Shown: one piece after another, positions 38,286-51,587 of the stretch
Layout of the letters: every line of letters begins with the position of its first letter
How positions within the stretch are numbered: position 1 is the stretch's first letter
Source: Batkoa obscura
Taxonomy: Eukaryota
Direction of reading: 5' to 3'
Assembly (NCBI GenBank): GCA_030770535.1
Contig: JASVEC010000021.1
Coordinates: 434,001-498,000, forward strand
Length of the DNA: 64,000 nucleotides
Position numbers and translations under genes: made by a program
The notes under the pieces: generated by a model
Told to the model about the DNA's origin: nothing
Seen by the model: only the letters and a program-made list of their open reading frames with translations
Databases searched by the model: none

Positions 38286-40850
38286 CTATCTTCTCTTCAT
38301 TGGACTGTCAGTTGCTTGGCTTTGATTAGCCTTCCTTTTAACTACAAAAGCCAAATAATTTTGAGGATAAAATTTTTTACTTAAGTCTTCGTGGGTTAAA
38401 CCTTTAAATCCTGGTTCAATTTCTGCATATTTTTCAGCAATTATATTAAAATATTTTTTAATAAATGCATGTGATAAAGTTTGCTTCATATCATATCGTG
38501 ATAATATATTCACATGAATTAATTTCATAACTAAAGATCGAGCTAATACGAGTAAACGTTAGTTTTGGTATTATTATTTATATAATATTTGGTTTTTAAA
38601 TTTACCTGATGGTGACACATTATCCCAACTTTCATGATTAAAATTTAATTTACCACGTACAATTTGTTTGAATAAAGCTTCATGGTTTGTTGCATCGTCA
38701 TCTTGTGAAAAGGGTAATGTACCTAGATAAAAATTAATATTAGTATATTTTATACATTATATAATATATATATAACTATTATAGTAAATATCACTTACCT
38801 GAAAGCATAGCATATAATAATACACCTGCTGACCAGCAATCTACTTTGCAATCATAACCCACTTGGACAATTGGATCATCTTCATCAATCAATTGATTGG
38901 ATTTAATAATTTCAGGTGCTAAATATTGATAAGTGCCACACATCGAATGCATAATTGTATTTCCAGTTACTCTGGCCATTCCAAAATCAGTCACATAAAC
39001 ATGCGGAAATAATCCAGTGCTATTTAATAATATATTTTCAGGCTAAATTAATTAACGTTATAAACTTATATAATATATAGTTTGATTATATAATTACTTT
39101 GACATCTAATTAAAAATAAAAATATAAAAATTAGTAAAATTATTAGAAACAGTATAAAGTATTAAATCCTTACCCCGATGGGCTACTCCTCTTGAGTGTA
39201 AATACTAAGAAAAACCCTATTAAATTTCATTCATATTAGTATAGTAAATCTTACTTCTAAGGCTCTAGCAACTTGAAAAAAGATATAAGCAGCCCTAACT
39301 TCAGGTATTTTCTTTCTTTCTTGAGTAACAATATAATTATGTAAATCACCACCAGAGACACTATAAAATAAAATAATTATTATAACTTCAATTTTAAACT
39401 TAAAATAATTAACTTACTAAGGTAAAAAGATACATAATGTACGATTACTATCAATTACATCCACAATTTTAATAATATTAGACTAAGTGGTTAGTAATTG
39501 TTTTCATTATAAAATTATAACATTAAATAGTATACTTACTTGAACCAAAGATTTTAGTATTTTAATTTCATTTGTAATATTATTTGCTTTTGGGTTATTA
39601 CTTCCCCAACCCAGCCTAGATTTAGTTAATATTTTAACTGCACATTGAGTAGTTTTATTTAAATCTAAACCAAAATTCACCCTTGCAAAGGCTCCCCTAA
39701 AAAAAGTCAAACCATCAATAAGAATAATTCAATACGACTTTGTTGTAAAATCTTTACTTTCCAAGTGTTGTTGAAGTTACTAATAAACCATTATGACTCT
39801 AAAATAAATCATTATATTTGATATAATAATTATATTATATATTCAGTTATTACCATAAATTCTTTCCCTGGATCACCTCTTAAATAAAAGAATACTAATT
39901 CTATATTAATGAAATCATATTAAATTTCTATTTTAAATACAATTAATAATAAAACAATTTACGAGTAAATTCATCACAATCAATAGCTGAAGCTTGTGCA
40001 ATTAATGTTGGTTTTCCTTTGACTAAATTAACTCCATTAACTATAAAAATATTATTAATACAAAAAATAGATAAATTAATACTATCAACATACTTAATGT
40101 TCCATTTGAACTATTATCCTAAAATGAATTAAATAAATTATTATAAAATATAAAAAAACTAATTACTGTTATAACTACTGGATAATAATCCGATTCTTTT
40201 TGACATACCTAAAGTTATTAAACCAAAAATAAACATAGTAAATATAAAAATTCAATTTACCGATGATAACATAAAATGTTTGCTAGATAAAAACCCATTG
40301 GGAGATGCTGCTAATGGATAATCACTATTATAAAAAAGATCAAACCAATCCTGACTTTTAAGACTTATAAAATCTTACCATCTATGACTTCTACCAAACC
40401 AATAACTTTTATTTTTTTCAATCCAATAATCTAAAGGAAGCAAAAAAACAGTTAGGGTATAGGAATAATAATCTCTTAATATTTACGTTGCATTCTCCCA
40501 CCGACAACACCTCTTAAATATCCAATATTATTTGAATTCTCTGAATTGATTTTAAACTCAATATTGACATCCAAATCATCAGGTCTAATCTGGGTAGGTG
40601 GTGTGGAGCTTTCCATTTGTAATAAAGAATCTGGTTCATGAGCCTTCTTTTTTTCATCTTCCTCTGCTTCTAATTGAAATAATCCATTTTGTGATTGATA
40701 TTTTAATTGACTAGTTTGAGATATTACTTCATTAATTTCTTCTATCGGTGTAATGTGGGGGCTACTATTGCTATCACTGGTTTTAAATTTAGAACTTGAA
40801 TTATTTTCAGGTGAGGATGAATTGTCACTGTCGCTATTACTACCGCTCAT
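38286..40850 (-). CDS. FHA-domain Ser/Thr kinase (Chk2/Cds1/Dun1/Mek1 family), at least 16 exons
   Basis: SQ/TQ-containing N-terminus; FHA (FGRS, SSKH, DNSSNGTLING); LGKGAFARV, AVK, HRDVKPEN, DFG, CGTYQYLAPE. Confidence 0.9.
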
Positions 40851-41122
40851 TTTTATTTTCGGTTATTGAAATGTGCAAGTCGATAAAAAATGAAAGCTTA
40901 AAAAATTCATCTACGCAGTTGATTTATCCTTTTTTGATGTGAAAGGCTTAGAGTCTTTTAATTGGTCAACAATAGTTAACCAATGGTTTATATATTTAAA
41001 ACAAAACGTAAAAATTCAAATTTGTTCGTGTTAGCAAATTAAAGTCACTTGTTATTAACCCTTTAAGTACTGAGTACCTCGAAAAATTCTGTTCAATTGT
41101 TGTAATTTTTGACCATCTTTTA

Positions 41123-41183
41123 ATTGGTGATGTATTTTTGTTAAGAATTTTACTAATAAATTTTGTGCTCAAATAGTGGTTTT
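41123..41183 (+). mobile_element. 5' half of a MITE family copy
   Basis: tggtgatgtatttttgttaagaattttact..ctcaaatagtg. Confidence 0.65.
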
Positions 41184-41284
41184 TACAAATAATTTTTTGA
41201 TTGGAAATTAATTTAAACTGAGATTGGTTTTCAAGCTTTGCTTTTTTTTTAAAAGATCATCAACTTTTCGTAAAATACTATATT

Positions 41285-42188
41285 ACTATACTTAAGAGTT
41301 ATAAAAAGCTACAAAGGATACACATCGATGGAATATTCAATTAATATAGATAAAACTTCAGAAAGCTTTAAAAAGACAAAATTAGATAGCGGAGGAGTTT
41401 TAGCCAAAGAGAGAAATGGATAACCAAATGTTTGTTTTATTGATGAGGCACAACTTATAACTGTCTCTACAGTATCCTAATGATAGTTTGAGTTAATTTG
41501 GCTATGTGTTTGGTTATAAATTTTGTTTACATTATCGATGCAGCTGTTATTCAACTTAATATAAGCAAACCCATTCCTACTCTTCCCAAAAGCGGTAAAT
41601 TTTACGTATTCTTTAGATACTCCAATTATAACTAAAAATTAATTTCAATTAAAATCAAATATTAATAGTCATAGCAAAACTCATTAGAGTCATTAGAGAT
41701 ACTAAGATCTTTATAATTTTCCAAAAATTGAATTGAAGGTACAATAATATCTGTATCATAATTAGTTTCAAGTAGATTGAAAATGTCAGCATCAAACTTG
41801 TTGATTTTATGTTCGATTTATAAACCCTATTTTCATCTAAATTGAAAGTAAAAAATTAATTGTATTCTTATGATAATAAATCAAAGCTACTTACATATTA
41901 GAGTAAAAGTAAGCATCAGAGTTTTTGCTTTACAATCCGCTTTTAAAGCAGTACTATCCTTATCATCAAAAAATTTGAAACTTTTCTCCAAAGATGGTAA
42001 AGAGAGACCTAGCTTTAAATCATAATTACAATAGGAAGATTCAAATTCGTCCTTCTTTAATAAGAAACCAGTTGCAGCTAGATTCCTTCGATCCACTTGT
42101 GTTTCAACACCACTATTATCCCAGACGAAATTCAGTTCATCAAATAATTTTTTAATACCATGCTTTGATTTAGCTTTGTTTCAAGCAT
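41285..42188 (-). pseudogene. PCNA: Divergent PCNA pseudogene with retained introns
   Basis: MLETKLNQSMVLK/KLFDELNFVWDNSGVETQ..LLKKDEFESSYCNYDLKLGLSLPSLEK..LKAD; ETNYDTDIIVPSIQF..KDLSISNDS; IIIGVSKEYVKFTAFG..NG; AKTPPLSNFVFLKLSEVLSILIEYSI; several frameshifts, an apparent dead donor (ATGAGT) and a stop. Confidence 0.8.
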
Positions 42189-42859
42189 TTCAATGTTTTT
42201 TTTTAAAAATAAAAACCAACTTCTAAAAGTTAAATTCTACTAATTATATTTCTGCTATTAACCTTTGATACTTTGCTATAGTTGGTTGGAAACACATATT
42301 TGCTCTTGATTGGTAGCTATAACTTTGATTGCTAAGTTCTTAGGGGAGTCAGATAATTTCAGTAATGATGTCTAAGTATTATTACTCCCTTCCTCAATAA
42401 AGAGCTTAATTTTAAAACAAAAATACATCTGCTCTTTTTGAGATAGAATACTACCCACACAGATAAAAACAAAAAAATATACGTGGTTTTAAACAAAAAC
42501 TAAGGCAACCGAATTTACAGTGATAAAGTCACAATTAAAAAAGGTATTTATTTAGTCATCCAGTAATTTGATAACAATTCTTTAATTTCACCTACTGCAG
42601 TTGAATGGTATAAGTTAGTGATTATCCTGGGCTGTTTTAGGGGCCTATCTCTAAAAATGCTATTGACTCTTTATTAAATTATAAATAGTGTTTTTATATA
42701 CTATTTTTATATTGAATGCTTTTTACACTTGATACGTTTGATGATTATATTACTTAAAATTTATCACTTTATTTAATAAAGTATCTTAAGATAAACCAAA
42801 ATTTAAGGTATTTTAAAACTAAAATATCGTCATCATCGTTGCTGTTATAAAATATTAGC

Positions 42860-43637
42860 CTTATTTAATTCAATATAAATTTTGCAATACTATTTTGTAT
42901 TTCATCATAAGTAGAAAGTTGATCATGTTGACCAAATTCACCTTGAATAGTATCAATTTGATTTAATCCAATACGATTCAAATGTTTAGCAAATTGAATC
43001 GTTTATTATGAATCAATCAACAAATACCTTGATAGTATAGTATAATGGATCTTGTTCAATGAATTGGAAATAATACTGTAATGTAGTGATGCCTGTTCCC
43101 ATGCACCTAATTCATTAGTATCAAAGGCAGGCTCAGTAAATTGACAGATAAACATATTGCTCTGTTTAGCTAATAATTCTAAACCAAAGATACCATCAAT
43201 TGAAATAGCCCCTTTGGTTTGTTTTAATGGTTTAATGCTGTTATTATCGGTGTGTTGATTAGCGTCCAATAATAACAAGGCACTTAAATGGGCACCAACA
43301 GAGTGACCACCGACAAATATCTTACTATCTTTTTAAAACGATTTAATGAGTAACTAATAAAGAAAACATTAGAAGTCTCTTTAATATGATCTGGATGCTC
43401 AATTTCATTTTTTCTATATTCTTGATTTAAGCGATAACGAATAATAACAGTCATAATATTATAATTCTTAGCTGAATTAGCTGCCATGATTCTACTTGGT
43501 TTCATATCTTCTGTTACAAATGCTCCACTAGGAATCTATACTAATAAAGAAGAGTTTGAAGTATAATTTAAAGGAATAGTTAGATCAAAACAATTGCCTT
43601 AATTTGTATCATAGTATTTGTATGATCTTTCGTTTAT
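42860..43637 (-). pseudogene. Pseudogene duplicate of the alpha/beta hydrolase at 9890-10702
   Basis: Colinear along its length; ATG>ATA, TGG>TAG, frameshifts, a deletion after LIDS, GHSVG; ~200 bp upstream is also homologous. Confidence 0.92.
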
Positions 43638-44508
43638 ATTCTCAAGCTTGATATGATTCTTTATTATCAACTAATAGCTTTGATATATCATGTAAAAAAC
43701 TTCCTTTAATTCTAGTCTATGGATAATAAGGAAATATACATATTATTTTCGACAAATTCAAATCAAATAGAGGGTAAAAATAAATACCCTACATAAAGAA
43801 AGGAAGGCTGGATAACTATACAAAATGAATTCATTTTGATATTTGGATTTATATCTAGTTGGTAATTGTCAAAATAATTTTTAGAGTTAATAGTACAGCT
43901 CATAATGACTCCTACTATTAATGTTTTTTATAACCGTTAAGTGATAAAGCTAAGTACTTATGTATCTTAGGAGAAATCCAGACTAATACAATATCCAAAC
44001 ATACGCTATCAATATATTCTGTATGACTGGTGTTGTAAGGTATGGTAAACACTATAGAAAATATGATTTGATGTATTTTATATCTACAATATAATATATC
44101 AACATCTATATACCTGTAGTTGATTCCGAATTTATTAAATATAGAAAACGACTCTATTAAAACCCCACATATGTCAGCATTTGCAGTATTATAAATTGCT
44201 ATTTGAAATACATATTTGAAATATTTTTTTATTTAATATTTTAGACTATCAAATTTTACATTCTTGGTACTAGTTCTAGATTTATAAAACACAACACTAT
44301 TATACTAAGATTTTTCACACGATTAATACTTTGGAGGTATAAGAAAAGCATTTAAAGCGTGTATTTGGTGTATTTTTGATCATTTCAAAGTTGTGCAATA
44401 GTAAAATACTTCTAGGGCAAAAAGTACTAAGTTGAAATATACTCTTATAATTTTAAAAATTGAGACAATAAGTCATGTTATCCCTTATAAATCAATAAAT
44501 TATAAAAG

Positions 44509-44618
44509 TGGTCAAGTTTTTTGATTTTTATTGCTTAATAATTTTACTAACAATTTTTCCGCTTGAATAGTGCTTAAAAAATGGAAAAAGTTATGAAACC
44601 AAAAAAAACAGCCCCATA
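44509..44618 (+). mobile_element. MITE family copy (left TIR damaged)
   Basis: attttactaacaatttttcc..aatagtgcttaaaaaatggaaaaag.tatgaaaccAAAAAAAACAGCCCCATA. Confidence 0.85.
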
Positions 44619-45908
44619 CATTAAATTATAACTTTCATAAAAACTAATTTTCACATTTATAATTATAAATTAGATTCTATAAATCGTCTGAGTATCGCAA
44701 ATCAAATTTATATATACTACGCCCTAAAAGTTATTCAGTAAATAATATCTTGATACCATTGTTCAAATAAGTGATGCTTACAAGGATTTGATGATTCAAT
44801 AAATTGTTGTTATATTTCAAAAAGATTTTATTAATATGAAATTAATACCTATTAACATTAGTAATGGGCAGAGATATCTTTTCATCAAAACATTCTCTGT
44901 TCTTTTAAATAGTTTGTATTTTCTTAAGAAATGAACTAACTTCTGTTCTAATTGGACCACCTGTTTTGTAATTTTTAAAAGATTAGCTCCAAGTGCTTTG
45001 TTGTTAGGATAATAAAATTTAGAATTCAAATTGAATGACAAAGGAACAATGGTAAATATAAAGAGTGCTAATGGTGAACTAGATATTTGATGGGAAATGA
45101 ATGTTCAATTTTTCGATGATAATATTTAATTTGAGTTTTTTTAAAATAAAATTCTAATGTGATTTTCTTCTTAAATATATTATTTTATCATGCCATAAAG
45201 AATTACTATAGCTTTATTTGATAGGAAAAGCTGTTTATTTTAACATAGGTTCATATAGACAATCATATTGACAAATTCGTTTATAATTAAAAAGTAGACT
45301 TTAATAAAAATTGTATCAAAATTGATTGCATTTAGATGCTTCTAATTTTTTTGTGTAAACTTTTAGGTTCTATTCTTTTTACATCTACTTAATTCACAAA
45401 ATGAACTGACAATAAATTGTATAGATGGAAGGATTTAAATGTAACAGATCTATTGACAAAAAGGTAAGTGGTTCTAATGAAATCAAAGGCTTGAAATTGC
45501 CATGTAGAGATGAGTTAATCCTTTGAATATTGAGTACCATAAAGAATTCTGTTCGATTAAACTATGATTTCTAATTGATTTTATGCTAATTGGGTCAACT
45601 TTTTTTGAAATTCAACACCCAAAGGGTTGGTTTGGTTTAGACTGCGCGAATAATGTTCATTATAAATTTCAATCACTTGAGTATTATAGACAAGCCAGTG
45701 TTCGCCAAATTTATAAATTAAAAAAATTGAGCATTGGTTACATATGTTTCTTAAAATAAAATCGTTTTTAATTACACCAATAAGAATCGACTGAATTTTC
45801 ATTTTTTTACACCAATAAAACGATGCAAGCTAAGTCATCACCAGCTAATAACTCAAAGTTAAAAAATCAATAACTTATCTTTTAACTAATAAAAAAAACA
45901 ATAAAAGA

Positions 45909-47612
45909 ATGAAGGTCCACTACGGATTACTATTATTATTTAGTTTAGGGATATCTAAAAGTGAAGGGAAAGTAAATACCAATGATTTTAAAAACATAAA
46001 TTTAGCAAGAACTATTGATATCACTGAGCCATTAAAGATCAAAGATTTTACTTCCATTGTGATTTTAAACCAACAAACTATCAATGCTAAAAAATATTTT
46101 TTTTCGGTTTCTTCAAAGTTAAATTCAACACTAAGCTCAATCAATGTACAAACAAAAGCAGAAAAGCTACCTTTGTCCGTTTCTTTGGGAAAATACGATC
46201 CTAAAAGGTAGTTTTATATTTTATATAGCTCTATTAATTCATTTATTTTTTTAAAAAAAAGAGACCTTCAATTTTATTCAATTAATTTTGACCCACCGCT
46301 TCGTTCCGAATCTAAAATAGTATTAAATATTAAAATGGAAATGATTAATAACTTGGAAGCTTACCCAAAAAGTTCAGCTCAACGTGATCGACAATTACTT
46401 CGTTTACAAGATAACCTTTATTTTTCATCCCCTTATCTATCAGATAATCAAAAAATTACTGTAAAGTAAGTTTCGTTCAATTTATTGTAAAAGAATAATA
46501 ATAACAATAATAATTTTATTAAAAAGGTTACCAAATTCCAATGTATTATCAGAATCTATTGAACCAAAAGACTATGAAAAAAAAGATAAATTAATGACCT
46601 TTGGACCTTATAAAAACTTAACGTATTTCCCTTATTCTAAACTTAATCTTCATTTTCATTATAAGATTCCTTATGTTTATGCCACTTCCATTCATCGTGA
46701 TGTTGAAATTTCTCATTGGGCTAATACCCTTGCTGTTGAAGAACATTATAATGTTGGTAATTATGGGCCAAGGTAACTAAGAATTTAAATAATAAGTTTT
46801 ATAGTTAATACTTTTATTTAGTATTAAAGGAGAAAACTCCAATTTAGTTCATCGTATGTTAGATCGATTATCACATAATGAAAGGTATGTCACTAAGTTT
46901 GATTTTGTATTACCAAAAGGAGTTAAAGATCCATACTATCGTGATGAAATTGGAAATGTATCAACATCCAATTTTTATGCTGGAAGTAAAGACAGTAAAT
47001 TAACTCTTCTTCCACGTTATCCTATTTATGGTGGTTGGAGTTATACTTGGTATCATGGGTATAACTTACCTTTGAGTTCCTACTTAAGTTATAATTCAGA
47101 AAATACAAAACAATTTACACTTAAAGTTCCATTTGTAAAATCAGTTAAAGATTTAAATGCTTTGGATGTTACTTTACGTGTCATTTTACCTGAAGGAGCA
47201 AAGTAAGATTATCCTTTTATTTTGGTCTTAAGTTTTAATTTTAATTTTTTAGTAATGTCAATATTAAAACAATTCCATTTGAATTTTATGAAGTAGAATT
47301 CGGAAAACATTATTCTTATTTCGATAGTATTGGAAGAAATACAGTCATAATTAAAAGAAAGAATGTAGTATCAAAACAATGGAAGGATATTGAGGTAATT
47401 TGTTATTAAAAATATTCAATATAACATCTGATTATCTGTTATTATAGATTGAGTATGACTATGAACCCATCAATCTTCTACGTAAACCATTTGTTCTTTT
47501 TATAGCCTTTTTATCTCTTTTCTTAATTATTTCAATCGTTGGTCGTATTAATCTTAAATTGGATTCTTCTCCAACTGGTAAATTAAGTATAAAAGATAAA
47601 AAAGATAAATAA
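45909..47612 (+). CDS. OST1: Oligosaccharyltransferase subunit 1 (ribophorin I), 6 exons
   Basis: Signal peptide; RDVEISHWANTLAVEEHY, YYRDEIGNVSTS, LPRYPIYGGW, VILPEGA, SYFDSIGR, LRKP followed by TM. Confidence 0.95.
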
Positions 47613-47704
47613 TAAAAAATCAATATTCTATTAATATAAAATTTTAAATAAAAATTTAGCTTCGGAAAAAATCAAAATTTAATCGTTTCTTAATACTAAA
47701 ATAT

Positions 47705-48481
47705 TTATGAGTACATATAATCAGGATCATAATCCTCATAAGGAACTAAACAATGTTTTTTTCTAAGCCATTCTTGATCATCTGTGGGTACCTCGGCTCT
47801 ACAAACTGGACAAGTATTGTGCTAAAATAATATCAAAGAGCATAAGACTCACATAAAAAAAGTAAAATAAAAAATGAATACCAGTTTTAACCAAGGAACA
47901 ACACAGTCTAAATCAAAATAATGTTTACAAGGTAAAATAGTGACCTTACTATCCACTTCTTCACGGTCCAAGTCTTCTCTGCATATACTACACCTAGCAT
48001 TCTTTTCAATCTTTTCTTTAGATACAATACTTAAGTCCTTGATAAATTTAGCTGAAGCTGCTGGTGGTCCTTGTTTGCTATAATATAGGTTATTAATTGT
48101 TACATTAAATAAAATCTAATAGCTTACTGTTGAAGTCCTTGTTCGATTAATTCAGCTACCAAGTTATCTAATAAAACAAGTTGGTCTAACTCACTAGCAT
48201 CTGCGTTCTGCTGGATCACCTGTAAGTAGAAGCTTTTATTTTTAATTGAAATTAGTGTGGTGATACATTGAAATAATATTTACTTTGCTAAATCAATAAA
48301 CTCGTTATTTGGAATTTCAGTATTAGGATCGGTTAAATAATCTTTAAGAGTAAGTCGAATATTTTGTTTAGTATTTGACTTAGTCATCTCAATCTCCGGT
48401 TTTAAATCATGTTCCTCTAAATGTTTTGTTAGCTAAGAGTTAATGTAAATTATGTAACAATATACCAAAGTAAGTCGCCAT
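47705..48481 (-). CDS. RING-H2 E3 ligase, RNF181-like, 5 exons
   Basis: [54 protein letters not shown], ends YMYS*. Confidence 0.85.
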
Positions 48482-50155
48482 CTTTTCTTAAGAAAATAAT
48501 CCATTTTTTGTAAAGCTTATTTTTTTATTAGTTTTGGATTGTCGACGTAAGCAGTATGCTTATTTAATTTTAAAAGTAAAAACGCTTTATTTCACCATAT
48601 TTCATCATGAATTAACAGTAAAGATAACAAAGCTATTAAAGGATTTTATTATATCTCATATTTATTGTGGGCTCTCTTTGTTTTTATTAATGTTTTAAAC
48701 AACTAATACTTAGTAAATATGTATAAAATTTAAAATTAAAGTTGGATTTAATTTAGTTAGAACATGGAATTTTTAAAATTCCATACCTGTTATATTTTAT
48801 AAATGATGTTAAAATGATCAATGGTATTTAAAACGACAACAAATATACCCTTATAATATTATTTAACCTTTAGTGTTATTACTAATTTAACTACACCTGT
48901 ATTAACTTTCTTTTAACTAAATACGTTTACCTTGAAAAATACCAAAAATTGTAAACATAATGATAATAGACTATTCTACCAATAATACATTTCCATTTGA
49001 CAAGCAAATAAATATACTTTATAGGGATTAAATGAACGTTAAAAGCATCTTGATACAGCTAAAAGGTATTATACAATACAGTTTACACTTACATTTGGAT
49101 ATCATTCCTAATAGTAAATGTGCTGTTATTTGAGAGGCTTGTAGGGTTACTTTAAATAAGCGACTGTAATAAACAAATAAATTTAAACTTAAAATACTAA
49201 TTTATTAATTTAATATTACAAGTCAGTTTCTATTATTCAAACAGCTATCAGTATTATAAGCAAGTTTTAATAACAAAAATGTCTTCAAATATAGTTTACT
49301 GCTTCCTTTATAATAAAAATACCATCTAAATTTTTTGGTCAATACTTTTAATCGTATAATACAGTAGTTTCTATTAGTAAAAATAATGTTTCAATTTTTT
49401 TCATAGCATTTAGATTTTAAGTTGATATATTTTAAAACGCCAATTAGAGACATAGGGATATTAATAGGAATTATTTAAAAATAATTACAAAATACGTTTA
49501 TTCAATATAATAAAGTAAATACTACAAAGTTAATAAAAAAATTATAAAGTATAAATAATCAAATATTGACTTTATTTAAAACTTACATACTTTACATAGA
49601 AGTATATTTATTTTAGGTATCTATCTAATGAAAAATATTTATTTGTCAGGCTTTACAAGCATATGGTGCAAATACCCAAAGCATATTAAACCAGCTTTTT
49701 AAAATTAAAATTAACTTTAATTAGTTTTAAAATAACTCAAATCTTAAAAAGGAAATGAATAAAAATAAGATAAAAATCAGAAACTATTTGAAAAATTGAT
49801 AAAATAAATTAGTTGTTAAATAAGAATAGGAAACATTAGTAACTATAATAAATATTATATTATATAATATATAAAGTTATTTAATGCAATAAGTAAACTA
49901 GCAACTTATTGCTAATCCTAAGCCCTGAGTTTAAGCCCAGAAGATAATTTACGATTACAATGCAATAAGATTAAAATTAGCACAAGTTATTAATGTTCTT
50001 CATCTTAACCAATCACAATCGATTTAAAGTAGCTATCACAGAACCCAGTAAATTAACATGGTAAAAATGGAGGAGAGAGGAAATAAAAGTTACTAAAGTT
50101 TAACTTGTTTTATAGTTTTTTCTTTATAAAATAATAGATTGATAAAAATAAAAAG

Positions 50156-51587
50156 ATGGAAGCACCTAAAGCAAAATTAAGTAGCGTTAGTGCTATATTA
50201 GCTTATTGTTCATCTTCTATATTGATGACTTTGGTTAATAAATTAGTATTATCGTATTTTAGAAAACCTCCTATTGTGTTTTTATTGTTGGCTATCCAAG
50301 TAAACTATTATTCATTGTTATTAAGCTATTTATTAATATTAAACTTATCTCTATTAGGCCGGTTTTTCTGTTGGATTAGTTCAAATATTTGGTGCTTTTA
50401 ATTTATTAAAATTTCGTAGTTTTAATTTAGTGGATGGAAAGAAATGTAAGTTTAATGATATTCTATTTTTATATTTTATTTATCTCTTTCTCCAGGGTTC
50501 CCAGTTTCTTTTCTTATGGCTACTATGCTGTATACTGGTGGAAAAAGGTAAAATATTCATTATTTTTATTGATTTAAAGAATATGTCAATAATTTTTCTA
50601 TTTTTTTAGTTTAGAACATTTACCAGTTCCATTATTTACCATCTTTAAAAATTTGACAATCATTGCTGTTGCTTATGGGGAAAATTTATTATTTAAAAGT
50701 AAAGTAACGAATGCTATGTTAGTTTCCTTTGGATTAATGGTAATTTTATGCATTCTTTAATAATTCTATAAGATACAAACTAAATTTCAAACAGGTATTA
50801 AGTAGTATTGTTGGCGGCTGGGCAGAATTAGAATTCAATGCTGAAGGGTATTTTTGGATGTTTTTGAATTGTATTTCCTCCGCTGTCTTCGTTTTATTTA
50901 TGAGAAAAGTGATCAAAACAGTGAATTTTAAAGATTTTGATACCGTTTATTTTAATAACTTATTGACTCTTCCTTTATTTTTAATTTTCAGTTTACTCAC
51001 AGAAAATTGGCCAGGATTATATGCTTTTTAGTAAGTATTTTATTACAATCTAAAAAAAATAGGACTAACTGTTATTCTTAGTTTTGATGAAGCTAATTCC
51101 GAATTACTGTATTCCCTTTTAAAAGCTTTAGTTGTGTCGGGTTTATCCGCTTTCGCTATTTCTTATACCAGTGCTTGGTGTATTCGTGTTACAAATTCAA
51201 CTACTTATTCGTAATATTATTGGCTATTTTTGATTTGAAATTATTAACAGTATATTTATAGAATGACAGGAGCTTTAAATAAATTACCAATAGCTGTTAT
51301 TGGTATGCTTTATTTTAAAGATAAAGTCACTACACCAAAGATCATGGCCATTATAATTGGTAAGATAATATATTTTGTTATTTATTTTATTATTTTTATT
51401 AATTATAAACTATATAGCTTTCCTTGCAGGTATATTTTACTCGAAAGCCAAAACTTGGCAACAACAAGAAATACAGGAAAAAACAAATATGGCTAGTAAT
51501 GATTACCAACAACTAACAGAACAACAAGAAGATAATAATGACAATGTTTTGCCTATTGCCATGAATGAATTAGATAAAAAAAATTAA
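50156..51587 (+). CDS. VRG4: Golgi GDP-mannose transporter, 8 exons
   Basis: [58 protein letters not shown]. Confidence 0.95.

Noticed and set aside
48764..48784. Perfect 10-bp-arm palindrome ATGGAATTTT-T-AAAATTCCAT
   Set aside because: Isolated and AT-rich with no second copy seen
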